The notes below the pieces were generated by a model. It was not told the DNA's origin. It made no database searches and saw only the letters and a list, made by a program, of their open reading frames with translations. A stretch of 64,000 nt of DNA from a bacterium (GTDB lineage: Bacteria; UBP15; UBA6099; JAJRTR01), in NCBI GenBank assembly GCA_024278215.1, contig JAJRTR010000011.1:25583-89582 (forward strand). The letters run 5' to 3'. The number at the start of each line of letters is the position of its first letter. The stretch's first letter is position 1. The translations under genes and the position numbers were made by a program. Positions 48,253-58,737 of the stretch are shown here, in pieces.

Positions 48253-48465
48253 CCCGCGTGAAAACATGACGTTTCACCTCCACTCTTTGCCATTTTCATG
48301 TGCTGAATATAGAATGTATTTCTCGAAACATAACGGTATGCGCATGTTTTGTTGCAATACCGGGAAATGTTCGCGGAGAGCGGCCTCCGGTCCGTGTCGC
48401 AAGGGAAACTGCCTCGCGGGATCACAGCCGGTCCCGCCTGTGGAAACAATTACGCGAAAGCTGGA

Positions 48466-49143
48466 ATGAACATGGTAGACCTTTTCATAAAAGGCGGCTT
48501 CATGATGTACCCGATAGTCGCCTGTTCGCTGATCGCCCTGACGATAACCTTCGAGAGAATATTTTACATCATTAGCGCCACGTCGAAAAACAATAAATTC
48601 ATCGACGAAGCGCGCCGCATAAGTGACGACGATCCGGACCGTCTGACGAAAATAAGGGAAATCGCCGGGCGCGTACAGTGCCCGGTGTCCATGCTCGTCG
48701 CGGCGGCAATAGACAACAGGTGCGAACCGGAAGGTAAAAGAAACACAATCCTGTGGCGTGTCGGCTCGAACCTGAGGCGCGACCTCGAACGTTTCGTCAA
48801 CACGCTCGGCATCATCGCGCATATCACCCCGCTGATGGGACTTCTCGGCACGGTAATCGGCATGATACGCGCTTTCATGATTATACAGGCGCTCGGCGGC
48901 CAGGTGGACGCTTCCGATCTCGCGGGCGGCATCTCCGAGGCGCTCATCACCACCGCCGCGGGGCTCGCGGTAGCGATTCCCGCTATGATCTTCTACCACT
49001 TTGTCGATGGCCGTGTTGATAAAATCGAAGCGACCATGAAGGATTCGGCAGTAATATTCCCGGAAATAATGGGCTACTATTCCGTCGGCGGCGGGGACGA
49101 TAAAAACAGGGCGAAACAGGATAAGGACAGCAGCGCGAACTGA
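48466..49143 (+). CDS. exbB: MotA/TolQ/ExbB proton-channel protein
   Basis: 3-TM MotA/TolQ/ExbB pattern (GLLGTVIGMIRAF...AGGISEALITTAAGLAVAIPA). Start taken at the internal Met at 48466. Confidence 0.8.
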   Translation: MNMVDLFIKGGFMMYPIVACSLIALTITFERIFYIISATSKNNKFIDEARRISDDDPDRLTKIREIAGRVQCPVSMLVAAAIDNRCEPEGKRNTILWRVGSNLRRDLERFVNTLGIIAHITPLMGLLGTVIGMIRAFMIIQALGGQVDASDLAGGISEALITTAAGLAVAIPAMIFYHFVDGRVDKIEATMKDSAVIFPEIMGYYSVGGGDDKNRAKQDKDSSAN

Positions 49144-49562
49144 TGGAATTCGAAGGCAGAAAAAAAATTGATATGCACGTCGACATCGCGCCTCTTGTCG
49201 ACATAGTTTTCCTGTTGCTGCTTTTCTTCCTGCTAACATCGAAGTTCATCAAGCAGCCGGGCATGAAGATAGACCTGCCCAGGGCACAGGCGGCACGACA
49301 ACAGGACAGGCAGGACATCATCGTTTCCATCACCCGCGACGAAAGATATTTTCTCAACGGCGCACCGCTCGATGTGATGGATGTACGCTCCGCACTGTGC
49401 GAAAAGATAAAGGCAAACGAGCGAAAGATCGTCATTATAAAAGCGGACAAAAAAACACCGCTTCAGCCTGTGGTGTCGGTGATGGATTACTCGAAGCAGT
49501 GCAGCGCGAACGGAGTCACTATTTCCACAAAACTTAATTCCGGCGCTGCTCCTGGTCCATGA
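49143..49562 (+). CDS. exbD: Biopolymer transport protein ExbD/TolR
   Basis: 139 aa with an N-terminal TM (VDIAPLVDIVFLLLLFFLL) and an ExbD periplasmic domain. Confidence 0.8.
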   Translation: MEFEGRKKIDMHVDIAPLVDIVFLLLLFFLLTSKFIKQPGMKIDLPRAQAARQQDRQDIIVSITRDERYFLNGAPLDVMDVRSALCEKIKANERKIVIIKADKKTPLQPVVSVMDYSKQCSANGVTISTKLNSGAAPGP

Positions 49563-49584
49563 TGCCGTGATGGATGTGAGTTGA

Positions 49585-50472
49585 TTGAAAGAATATCTCC
49601 CCAGAAAAAGTTTCCTGACGAAATCCGGTGTTGTCCTTTCCATCGTTTTGCATATTCTCGTGTTCTCGATCCCGGTAGCGCTTGTCGTCAGGCCGCCCGA
49701 CCCGAATAAGGAGAGAAAAGTCGAACTCATCTTCGAAAAACCCCGGCAACAGGCACCAAAACCAAAGCCCGCGCCTCCGAAACCAAAGCCAAAACCGAAA
49801 CCCGTGCGAAAAATCAAACCGCGACCAAAACCGCCGCCTGAGCCGCCTGAGCCGAAACAGCAAGCCGCCGAGCCGAAATCGCCCATCGAGGCCGCTGTAG
49901 CCGACGCAGGCGGCATCGACATCCCCACCGGACCCGCTTATGAAGAAGTGTATGTGCCGCCGCCTTATGTTCCCGCATGTGGAAACGGCGTGCTCGACGA
50001 CGGCGAAGAATGCGACGATGGCAACACCACAGACGGCGACGGCTGCGCTGCCGGGTGCGCACTGGAATATACCCCCGGTTGCGGCAACGGTGTGCTGGAC
50101 GCGGGCGAAGAATGCGACGACGGCAACAACGCAGACGGCGATGGCTGCTCCGCCGGGTGCCTCGATGAAGTCTATAGGCAAAACCTGCTTGCCGAATATC
50201 AGAAAAGCATACTTCTGACAATTGAACGGAATAAGAAATACCCGCCGGCGGCGCGGCGGCGCGGCATACAGGGAGCGGCGAAAGTTAGATTCGACATCGC
50301 GGCAGACGGAGCAGTCAGCGGCGTCGCGCTCGACAAAACTTCCGGGTACGACATACTCGATCGTGAAGCCCTCGCCACCATCACTCGCATAGGCCGCTTC
50401 GCCCCCATTCCCGAACCGCTCGATATGCCGCGGATGGAGATTTCCGTTGCCATCGTTTTCCGGCTCCAGTAA
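49585..50472 (+). CDS. tonB: TonB-like energy transducer with two inserted cysteine-rich ([16 protein letters not shown]..DGDGC) repeats
   Basis: N-terminal TM; Pro/Lys-rich spacer; C-terminal TonB domain ([22 protein letters not shown]...). Between them, two tandem ~31-aa Cys-rich repeats. Confidence 0.7.
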   Translation: MKEYLPRKSFLTKSGVVLSIVLHILVFSIPVALVVRPPDPNKERKVELIFEKPRQQAPKPKPAPPKPKPKPKPVRKIKPRPKPPPEPPEPKQQAAEPKSPIEAAVADAGGIDIPTGPAYEEVYVPPPYVPACGNGVLDDGEECDDGNTTDGDGCAAGCALEYTPGCGNGVLDAGEECDDGNNADGDGCSAGCLDEVYRQNLLAEYQKSILLTIERNKKYPPAARRRGIQGAAKVRFDIAADGAVSGVALDKTSGYDILDREALATITRIGRFAPIPEPLDMPRMEISVAIVFRLQ

Positions 50473-50653
50473 GATATAATTATCCTGAGGGTGCCATGTA
50501 CAAAATTCTTTTTCCGGCAATGACAAATGGCTGCCGAATAGGTGATGGAAATTGTGTTTTTCAGGATTTTATGGTATCCTGAATTCTTGTGAAACAACAA
50601 AAACGACACTGTGAATAATACCTGATGACAACTTATATAATGGGGGCTTGTAA

Positions 50654-53227
50654 ATGAGTGTAAAACCTGTGAATGTGCTATACGTTTCGCCTTCGCTGCC
50701 TGATAAGCTTAAGCCTGCGCTGGAGATAGCGATGAATATGCGCTGGTGCTGGAGTCACGAGGCTACGGACCTGTTCCGAAGGCTCGACCGGGAGTTGTGG
50801 GATAAAGTGAACAAGAATCCTGTGTTTATGCTGGGGCAGATAAAACAGGAGCGGCTAAACGAGATTCTCGACGACGACGCTATCATGGCGCATCTGGATC
50901 GTGTGTATGAAGACCTGCAGGAGTATCTCAATGATAAGAAGACCTGGTACGACGAAGAGATCAAGCCGAAACACATATTAAAGGTGGCGTATTTTTCGCT
51001 GGAGTTCGGACTGAACGAGACGATACCGATATATTCCGGCGGTCTGGGGATGCTGGCGGGCGACCATCTCAAGTCCGCGAGCGACCTGGGTATTCCGCTC
51101 ACGGGCGTCGGCCTGCTATACCAGGAAGGCTATTTCAGGCAGTATCTCAATGCCGACGGCTGGCAGCAGGAAGAGTATATCGGAAACGATTTTTACAATA
51201 TGCCTATCGAGCAGGTGCGCGGCGAGGACGGCAACCAGTTGTCGGTGACTGTCGAGTATCCCACCGGGCCTGTGAAGGCAATGATATGGAAAGTCACAGT
51301 GGGCAGGATCACACTCTACCTGCTGGACACGAATACGCAGGACAACAGTCCCGAGGACCGGGACATTACATCCGCGCTGTACGGCGGCGGCCTGGACATG
51401 AGGATACGCCAGGAGATGCTGCTGGGCATCGGCGGAGTGCGTTTGCTGAAGGCTCTCGACATCAATCCGAATGTCTACCACATGAACGAAGGCCACTCGG
51501 CGTTCCTGGCGCTCGAGCGCAGCAGGCAGTACATGGAGCGGCAGGGGCTCAGTTTCTGGGAAGGGCACTCACTTGTGAGGTCCAGCAATGTGTTTACGAC
51601 ACATACGCCTGTCCCCGCGGGCAACGACGTTTTTCCGCCGGATATGGTGCTGAATTATTTTTCGCCGTATCTTGACCAATACGGCCTGAGTCCGAAAGAT
51701 TTCCTTGGCCTGGGACGCCAGAACCCGGCTGACGATAACGAAGGATTCTGTATGACGGTGCTGGCGATCAAGGAGGCGGCTTTTATCAACGGCGTGAGCC
51801 GCCTGCACGGAGAGGTGTCGCGCAAGATGTGGCGAAATATATGGGAGTCGGTGCCGCTCGAGGAGATTCCCATAGATCATGTGACGAACGGAGTGCATCT
51901 CACATCGTGGGTTTCAAAAGAGATGTCGGACCTGCTGAGCCGATACCTGGGACCGCGCTGGATGCGTGACCCGTCGAATGTCGAGTTGTGGGAACGCATA
52001 GAGAAAATGCCGGCGGAGGAACTGTGGCAGACACACGAGCGGCGCAGGGAACGGCTTGTGGCTTTCGCGCGGCGCAGGCTGGCCGAGCAGTTCCGCAGCC
52101 GCGGCGCGGCGGAGGTGGATGTGCGGCGGGCGGAGGAGGTGCTCAACCCGGAGGCGCTCACTATCGGATTCGCGCGCAGATTCGCCACCTACAAACGCGG
52201 CACGCTCCTTTTTAAAAATCTCGAACGACTTGTGAATATTATAGACAACAAGGACCGGCCTGTGCAGATTATTTTTGCCGGGAAAGCGCATCCGCGCGAC
52301 AACTCGGGCAAGGAACTTATCAGGCAGATAGTCCACTTCGGCCGCAAGCCGCGGCTCAGAAGCCATATCGTGTTCATGGAAAACTACGACATGCACCTTG
52401 CAAGATACATGCTGCAGGGCGTCGATGTCTGGCTGAACACACCGAGGCGTCCCCTCGAGGCCAGCGGCACAAGCGGTATGAAAGCAAGCGCCAACGGTGT
52501 CATCAACCTGAGCATACTCGACGGCTGGTGGTGTGAGGCCTTCGAGAGCAATTCCAATGTCGGATGGGCGATCGGTCACGGCGAGGAATATGAAGACACC
52601 GAATACCAGGACGACATCGAAGCGGATTCGCTCTACGATCTGCTCGAGAAGGAAGTGGTCCCGCTGTTCTATGACCGCGGCAGCGACAATCTACCTCGCG
52701 GCTGGATCAAATACATGAAAGAAAACATGCACGAGATATGCCCGCAGTTCAACACCAACAGAATGGTGAAGGAGTACACAAAGAAAGCTTATGCGCCCTG
52801 CATGGAACGGCACAATTTCATGTCGCTCGAAGACTGCGAAGAGGCGAAGATATTTACCGACTGGAAACAATACGTGCGGCGAGTATGGAAGGATGTCAGG
52901 ATCACCAACATTGATTGTTCATCATGTGACAATGCTAAGGTGGGAGAGGAGATCGTCATACAGGCTGCGATAAATATGGCCGGTCTGACGCCTGAAGATG
53001 TTGTTGTGCAGATAGTGCATGGCCCGCTGGACTCCGGGGGCGGAATAATAGAACCCGAGGCGGTAGAGATGGCGCCCGTCGTTACAAACAGCGACGGAGA
53101 TATGTTGTTCAAGGGCTCGTTCGTGCTCACAAGCAGCGGGCGGCGCGGCCAGACAGTGCGGGTCATGCCGCGCAATCCCATGCTTGACGATCCGTTCAAG
53201 ATGGGCCTCATTAAATGGGGCGCGTAA
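50654..53227 (+). CDS. glgP: Alpha-glucan (glycogen/maltodextrin) phosphorylase, GT35 family
   Basis: LEFGLNETIPIYSGGLGMLAGDHLKSASDLG signature of the alpha-glucan phosphorylase subfamily; 857 aa. Confidence 0.85.
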   Translation: MSVKPVNVLYVSPSLPDKLKPALEIAMNMRWCWSHEATDLFRRLDRELWDKVNKNPVFMLGQIKQERLNEILDDDAIMAHLDRVYEDLQEYLNDKKTWYDEEIKPKHILKVAYFSLEFGLNETIPIYSGGLGMLAGDHLKSASDLGIPLTGVGLLYQEGYFRQYLNADGWQQEEYIGNDFYNMPIEQVRGEDGNQLSVTVEYPTGPVKAMIWKVTVGRITLYLLDTNTQDNSPEDRDITSALYGGGLDMRIRQEMLLGIGGVRLLKALDINPNVYHMNEGHSAFLALERSRQYMERQGLSFWEGHSLVRSSNVFTTHTPVPAGNDVFPPDMVLNYFSPYLDQYGLSPKDFLGLGRQNPADDNEGFCMTVLAIKEAAFINGVSRLHGEVSRKMWRNIWESVPLEEIPIDHVTNGVHLTSWVSKEMSDLLSRYLGPRWMRDPSNVELWERIEKMPAEELWQTHERRRERLVAFARRRLAEQFRSRGAAEVDVRRAEEVLNPEALTIGFARRFATYKRGTLLFKNLERLVNIIDNKDRPVQIIFAGKAHPRDNSGKELIRQIVHFGRKPRLRSHIVFMENYDMHLARYMLQGVDVWLNTPRRPLEASGTSGMKASANGVINLSILDGWWCEAFESNSNVGWAIGHGEEYEDTEYQDDIEADSLYDLLEKEVVPLFYDRGSDNLPRGWIKYMKENMHEICPQFNTNRMVKEYTKKAYAPCMERHNFMSLEDCEEAKIFTDWKQYVRRVWKDVRITNIDCSSCDNAKVGEEIVIQAAINMAGLTPEDVVVQIVHGPLDSGGGIIEPEAVEMAPVVTNSDGDMLFKGSFVLTSSGRRGQTVRVMPRNPMLDDPFKMGLIKWGA

Positions 53228-53274
53228 GGGATTCGGATTGAACCGTAACTTGTGCGAAACTCGAAAGCAATAAC

Positions 53275-53745
53275 ATGTTGAACGGTTGCGTATCAGCGAT
53301 GGACTACGACCAGAGGGAAGACAACGAAAAACGATTCGACGGGCGACCTGTCGGCAGGATAAAACCTGTACAGAAGATTAATCGCACCCGCGGGGCAGCG
53401 CCGGCCTCAGGCTGCGACCGTGAAGACATGCGCATCAAAGCATGGGACGCGCAACGGTCGGCACAGCTTGGCCGCAAGTGGAATTACAAACTAACACGGC
53501 AGATGTTGTACAGCACTGTGGCGGAGATCGACCTCGAAATGGCGGCGACCGGCTCACCATACGCGCTTAAAGTACGCGAGGGTGAGGACGGCGTTTTTAT
53601 CGAGTTGAGCATGGTGGAAGGCGGTGCCGCCACCCGCAGGTCCGAAAAATTGCAACTCCGGGGAATCACACACGACGGAATAGATGATATTATTAAAGAG
53701 TTCCTCAAAAAACACGGTGTCAGGCTCCCAAGCACAAAGGAATGA
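53275..53745 (+). CDS. Hypothetical protein
   Basis: 156-aa ORF in an otherwise unassigned gap. No recognisable domain. Confidence 0.3.
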   Translation: MLNGCVSAMDYDQREDNEKRFDGRPVGRIKPVQKINRTRGAAPASGCDREDMRIKAWDAQRSAQLGRKWNYKLTRQMLYSTVAEIDLEMAATGSPYALKVREGEDGVFIELSMVEGGAATRRSEKLQLRGITHDGIDDIIKEFLKKHGVRLPSTKE

Positions 53746-53797
53746 AAGGAAAAACACGTGTCTTTCTCAATATATAGAAAAACGCACGAGTTTAGTT

Positions 53798-54865
53798 ATG
53801 AAAACAGATAAGCCGTATAGAATCGTCATGACATTCGCCATACTGTTCATCACAGTATTCGCATCAGTCATTTCAGCTTTCGGCGCAGAAGAAAAACCAT
53901 ATTTCGCCGCGGAAAACATCTTCGCAAGAAACGCAGATGAACACCCTCAGAACCATGCGTCAAGCATAGCCGAGTTGCCGAACGGCGACTTGCTCGTATC
54001 GTGGTTCGGCGGTTCGCGCGAGGGCATGCCCGATGTGGCCGTGTGGGTAAGCAGGCGTCCCGCAGGGTCGAGAGAATGGGCCAGACCGGAAAAACTCGTC
54101 GACGATCCTGATTATGCGGCCGGCAACTCGATTGTTTTCGCCGACTCGTCGGGCAAAGTGTGGTTATTTTATCTTATTAAATATGCCGAACGATGGGATG
54201 CCTGGGAAGAATGCAAAGTATTCGCCGTCACTTCGGACGACAATGGGAAAACATGGTCGGAACCTCGAGTGATACAGGACGGGAAGGGCTGGGTAATAAG
54301 GAATAATCCTGTCGAGATTGAACCGGGTAGAATCCTGTTGCCGGTCTATACCGAAGACCCGCCTGACTCGTGGATGTGGATAAGCGACGATGGTTTCAAA
54401 ACAAAAGAGGTCGTCGAGGTCCCCGCCGTCGCGCCCGGCCACTACCAGCCCGCGGTCGCGCCTCTGGGAGGCGACAAAATGATAATGCTGGCACGCCATT
54501 ACACTGTGCCGGGTAAAATATGGGTTTCAATTTCAAAAGATAAAGGCCGTTCGTGGTTCAAACCAAAACTGACTGGCCTGCCGAACCCGGACAGCGGTAT
54601 CAGCCTCATCATGCTCGAATCCGGCGCGCTGCTTCTCGCGTACAACAACAGCAAATGGGTGCGCACACCCCTGACAGTAGCGATTTCCGACAACGGAGGC
54701 AGGTCCTGGCCCTGGAAGAAAAACCTCGAAACCGCATCCGCCGAATTCTCCTATCCCTATCTTATTCAGGACAGAAACGGGATCATCCATATTACGTATA
54801 CAAGCGACAGCCGCAAATATATAAAACATGCCGAATTCAATGAAGCATGGCTGCGAAGCAAGTAG
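53798..54865 (+). CDS. Exported BNR-repeat (sialidase-fold) protein
   Basis: Start at 53798 with a signal peptide. Three SxDxGxTW-like BNR motifs (SDDNGKTW, SKDKGRSW, SDNGGRSW). Confidence 0.6.
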   Translation: MKTDKPYRIVMTFAILFITVFASVISAFGAEEKPYFAAENIFARNADEHPQNHASSIAELPNGDLLVSWFGGSREGMPDVAVWVSRRPAGSREWARPEKLVDDPDYAAGNSIVFADSSGKVWLFYLIKYAERWDAWEECKVFAVTSDDNGKTWSEPRVIQDGKGWVIRNNPVEIEPGRILLPVYTEDPPDSWMWISDDGFKTKEVVEVPAVAPGHYQPAVAPLGGDKMIMLARHYTVPGKIWVSISKDKGRSWFKPKLTGLPNPDSGISLIMLESGALLLAYNNSKWVRTPLTVAISDNGGRSWPWKKNLETASAEFSYPYLIQDRNGIIHITYTSDSRKYIKHAEFNEAWLRSK

Positions 54866-55042
54866 TCATTTCAAGGCAGTATAACTTATCCCGGATTGGT
54901 AATATATGCAGACTAATGGCAATAGCGTTAAGTTAAGGATGCGAAGATTACAAATATCTGTAACTGTTCACAGCGCTGTGAAGGGAAACACATCCTGTGA
55001 ACAGTTACGATAATATGTTGCTGCCGACAATGCGATAAGGTG

Positions 55043-56314
55043 CTACTCGTAGACTTTTTCATCTGTCAAGTCGGCATTGACGGCGTCGTCCTCGATGTCG
55101 CGGCCCGCCGGGCCGTTCTTCTCGAGTTCTTTATAGTATTCATGCTGTATCAGTGCGTTCATTATCTGGTTTGTGCCGGTCCATATCATGGAAAGCCGCA
55201 TGTCGCGCAGCATTTTCTCGACCGGGTAAACGTCCGTGTAGCCGATGCCGCCCATGATCTGCATCGCATTGTTGACGGCCATCCAGGCGGCTTCCGTACT
55301 TTTCTTCTTTGCCTCGGAGACCAGCCTTCGCGCGTCTTCGCCCGCATCCTGTTTCCGGGCAGCGGCGTACACCAGTCCGCGTGCGGCGTCGAGTTCCGTG
55401 AGCGCGTCGGCCACCATGAAGTTGACCGCCTGGAACTTGCGAATCTTTCTGCCGAAAGCTTTGCGCCGGTTCGAGTAGCGCGCCGCCACCTCGAGCGCCA
55501 CCCGGCCGCTGCCCACCGCGCCCGCCGCGCTCGTCAATCGCTCGGGCACCATCATCGTGTTGAATATCATGCCACCGCCGTTGAGCGGCCCCACAAGGTT
55601 GCTCTCCGGCACTTTCACATCGCGGAACACCAGCCTGCCCGTGCCGCCGCCGCGTGTGCCCATCAGCCCGTATACCTCCTGCACTTCCACGCCCATGTCG
55701 CGCTCGACTATGAACACACTGATCGAGTTGCGCGGGTCGCCGTCGAAGCCCGTGCGCACGTATACGAGAAAATAGTCCGCGCCTTCCGCGCCGACGATGA
55801 ATCGCTTCTGGCCGTTGAGAATAAAATAGTCGCCCTGCTTCTCGGCCTTTGTCGTCGCACCGAAAAAGTCGGACCCGCCGCGTGGTTCCGTCAGCGCCTC
55901 GGCGCATTTCAACTTACCCTGCAACATCGGCTTAAGGTATTTCTCCTTCTGCGCGTCTGTGCCGAAACTGTTTATCGCCTCGCCGATGATCGACGGTAGC
56001 GAGTAGAGGCACGCGAGCGCCCCGCCGAGCGAGCCGATCTCTTCGAGGGCCACAACTTCGGAGCTCCAGTCGAGGCCGCGCCCACCCCATTCTTTCGGAA
56101 ACCGCAATCCAATCAGGTTCTTTTCTGCAAGCTCCTCGACATATTCGTGGGGATATTTAACTTCTTCCCTGTCCATTTTCCGCAGGAGTTCTTTCGGTAC
56201 GCCCCTGACAAATTCTATGATTTCTTTCCTCAGCTCTTTTTGCTCTTCTGTAAGCATGAATTCAAACATGACTGGTACCCCTTTGTTTTGGCATTTACCA
56301 TTATTCTCGTTCAT
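55043..56314 (-). CDS. Acyl-CoA dehydrogenase
   Basis: ACAD N-terminal, middle and C-terminal domain pattern; 423 aa. Confidence 0.8.
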   Translation of the reverse strand: MNENNGKCQNKGVPVMFEFMLTEEQKELRKEIIEFVRGVPKELLRKMDREEVKYPHEYVEELAEKNLIGLRFPKEWGGRGLDWSSEVVALEEIGSLGGALACLYSLPSIIGEAINSFGTDAQKEKYLKPMLQGKLKCAEALTEPRGGSDFFGATTKAEKQGDYFILNGQKRFIVGAEGADYFLVYVRTGFDGDPRNSISVFIVERDMGVEVQEVYGLMGTRGGGTGRLVFRDVKVPESNLVGPLNGGGMIFNTMMVPERLTSAAGAVGSGRVALEVAARYSNRRKAFGRKIRKFQAVNFMVADALTELDAARGLVYAAARKQDAGEDARRLVSEAKKKSTEAAWMAVNNAMQIMGGIGYTDVYPVEKMLRDMRLSMIWTGTNQIMNALIQHEYYKELEKNGPAGRDIEDDAVNADLTDEKVYE

Positions 56315-56491
56315 TATACATTATCGCTGCACTTTGTAAAAGTTGCTGCACAGCATTTTTGTATGCGATTTACAGGTCTGAATATTCCGAAAAATATTTG
56401 CTTATCGAGTGGGTCGTCAATAAAGTTATGTGTTTGTGGTTTCAGGAGATGGGAGGTTTCGGTTCCGGCGGTACCGGGCAGGAAAAATAAA

Positions 56492-58495
56492 TTGATAAAT
56501 TTCAACGCGTTGAACAGAGAACAGAGGGACGCTGTCAGGTGCGTAAAAGGCCCGGTGGTGGTCGTGGCGGGCGCGGGCACCGGCAAGACACGCACAATCG
56601 CCTATCGCACGGCACACATGCTCGAGGTCGGCATCGAGCCGGGCGCGATTCTCGCCATTACATTCACAAACAAAGCAGCCCGTGAGATGCGCGAGCGCAT
56701 ATCTGCGATGGTCGGCTTCGATACCTGCACAGATATAACGATTTCGACAATCCACTCGCTCTGTGCCCGCATCCTTCGCGACGACATAGATAAAGTCGGG
56801 CGCGACACAAGCTTCACGATATTCGACACTTCCGACCAGGTCGGTATTATCAGAAAAGCACTCGCCAAACATGGATTCGACCCCCGCAAGAATGAACCGC
56901 GCGCGCTTCAGTTCGGTATCAGTACGTTAAAAAATATTTATCCGCCGGTGGATGTCGACGACATTGCGGACCCGGTGATGAGCCGTGTGTTCCCGACCTA
57001 CAACAAAATGCTCGAGGACAATAACGCGCTGGATTTCGACGATCTTCTCCTTTTCGCGATACGCGTGCTGGACATACCCGAGTGTCGCGACAGGTACCGC
57101 GAGCGGTTCCGGTATGTGATGGTCGATGAGTTTCAGGACATAAACGACATCCAGTACGGTATCGTGCGCCGTCTTGTGGGCAAGCGGAGCAACATATATG
57201 TGGTGGGCGACGATGACCAGAGCATATACGGCTGGCGGGGCGCAGTGGTGGACAACTTTCTGAATTTCGAGGAGGACTTCGCCGGAGCCCGCGAGGTCAA
57301 GCTCGAACGCAATTACCGCTCGACCGGCGTAATACTCGAAGCATCGGGCGCGGTGATAGAAAACAACGAGAAGCGCCGCAGGAAGAAACTCTGGACGTCC
57401 GGCAAAGCAGGCGACCCTATCGGCATGATCGAAGCCCTGGACGAGCAGGACGAGGCAACTCTCGTCATCGACTGCATCGTAGGCGACAAGCAGCGGCTGA
57501 ACATGAAGTACGGCGACTTCGCTATCCTGTACCGCACAAACGCGCAGTCGCGGGTTTTTGAAGAGAAGCTGGTGCGAATGGGCATATCTTATATCCTCAT
57601 CGGCGGCACTCGCTTCTTCGAGCGCAAAGAGATCAAGGACATGACGGCGTTCCTGCGTGTGATGCACAATCCGGAGGACGAGACGGCGCTGCTGCGCGTG
57701 ATAAATTATCCGCCGCGCGGCATCGGCGCGACATCGCTGGACCGCATCCGTGACGCAGCCCTCGAAGCGCGCCGACCGTTGTTCCACTGTCTCGAATATG
57801 CCGTCCACAGTGACAATATACCGAAAAAAGCGCGAAAAGGCGTCGCCCGTTTCCTCGAAGTCATAGAGGCGGCAAGGCAGAAACTTAAGGCGGGCGGCCT
57901 CGCCACTGCCGGAAAGTTTATCGTCGACGAACTCGACATCGAGAATGCCGTCCGGAAATCGTATTCCGACCGCAACGAGGCGGACAGGCGTTTCATGAAC
58001 GTCGAGGAATGGATCAACTCGCTCATTGAATACGAATCCAACGAGCCGAAACCGACAATCGAAGGGTACCTCGAGAACGTGGCGCTCATGACCGACGAGC
58101 AGGAAGTCGACACGGAACTTAAGGAAGACTCGATCACGATGATGACCGTGCACAGCGCGAAAGGGCTCGAGTTCCACACAGTGTTCATCGTCGGCGCGGA
58201 AGAAAAGCTGCTGCCGCATGAGAAATCCATTCAGGACGGCAGCATCGACGAAGAACGCCGCCTGTTCTATGTGGCCATGACGCGCGCGCGCCGCAAACTC
58301 TATATCAGCTATGCCGCCGAGCGCAGAAGATACGGCGAGACGCAGCCGCGCATCACATCGCGCTTCGTCGGCGAGATACCGGAAGAACTTTTCTCGTATC
58401 AAAGCGTTAAGGATATCGAAGAGCGCAGACTCGAGTCCGGCAAAAAACTTGCATCCACTTCGCTCAAACGAATAGCCATGATGCTGGAAGACTGA
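56492..58495 (+). CDS. uvrD: ATP-dependent DNA helicase UvrD/PcrA family
   Basis: LNREQRDAV; Walker A AGAGTGKTRT; helicase motifs through VHSAKGLEF and YVAMTRAR. The ORF-track start at 56147 overlaps the ACAD gene, so an in-frame TTG at 56492 is the more plausible start. Confidence 0.75.
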   Translation: MINFNALNREQRDAVRCVKGPVVVVAGAGTGKTRTIAYRTAHMLEVGIEPGAILAITFTNKAAREMRERISAMVGFDTCTDITISTIHSLCARILRDDIDKVGRDTSFTIFDTSDQVGIIRKALAKHGFDPRKNEPRALQFGISTLKNIYPPVDVDDIADPVMSRVFPTYNKMLEDNNALDFDDLLLFAIRVLDIPECRDRYRERFRYVMVDEFQDINDIQYGIVRRLVGKRSNIYVVGDDDQSIYGWRGAVVDNFLNFEEDFAGAREVKLERNYRSTGVILEASGAVIENNEKRRRKKLWTSGKAGDPIGMIEALDEQDEATLVIDCIVGDKQRLNMKYGDFAILYRTNAQSRVFEEKLVRMGISYILIGGTRFFERKEIKDMTAFLRVMHNPEDETALLRVINYPPRGIGATSLDRIRDAALEARRPLFHCLEYAVHSDNIPKKARKGVARFLEVIEAARQKLKAGGLATAGKFIVDELDIENAVRKSYSDRNEADRRFMNVEEWINSLIEYESNEPKPTIEGYLENVALMTDEQEVDTELKEDSITMMTVHSAKGLEFHTVFIVGAEEKLLPHEKSIQDGSIDEERRLFYVAMTRARRKLYISYAAERRRYGETQPRITSRFVGEIPEELFSYQSVKDIEERRLESGKKLASTSLKRIAMMLED

Positions 58496-58509
58496 CATCA
58501 TGCTGTTAG

Positions 58510-58532
58510 CCCGCATTGGTGAAATATACGGG
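58510..58532. repeat. REP-like palindrome (copy 5)
   Basis: cccgcattggtgaaatatacggg, 15 bp after the uvrD stop. Confidence 0.7.
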
Positions 58533-58737
58533 TTATCAGGCCCTTAAGAATAAAATCCCGCGCAAGGCGTCCCAGGAAATACCGGCAAAAAAACACATGG
58601 ACAAATATTCCAATTGGAATATTTGTGTGTTATAATCACAGTAGAAATAAATTGTCGGGAACTTCAATTCGCATATGTCAATATTTGATATATACAAAAT
58701 CACTACAGACTGAATCAAAGAAAGGGGATTATTTATT

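Noticed and set aside
48274-49239. 321-aa ORF on the minus strand
   Set aside because: Antisense to exbB/exbD, which have clear family motifs.
49534-50526. 330-aa ORF on the minus strand and Arg-rich ORFs at 49977-50168
   Set aside because: Antisense or alternate frames of the tonB gene; Arg-rich artefacts of the Pro/Lys-coding repeats.
56147-56491. N-terminal 115 aa of the uvrD ORF-track model
   Set aside because: It overlaps the 5' end of the convergently oriented acyl-CoA dehydrogenase gene and lacks helicase similarity. The in-frame TTG at 56492 gives a canonical UvrD N-terminus.
56927-58516. 529-aa ORF on the minus strand
   Set aside because: Antisense to uvrD.
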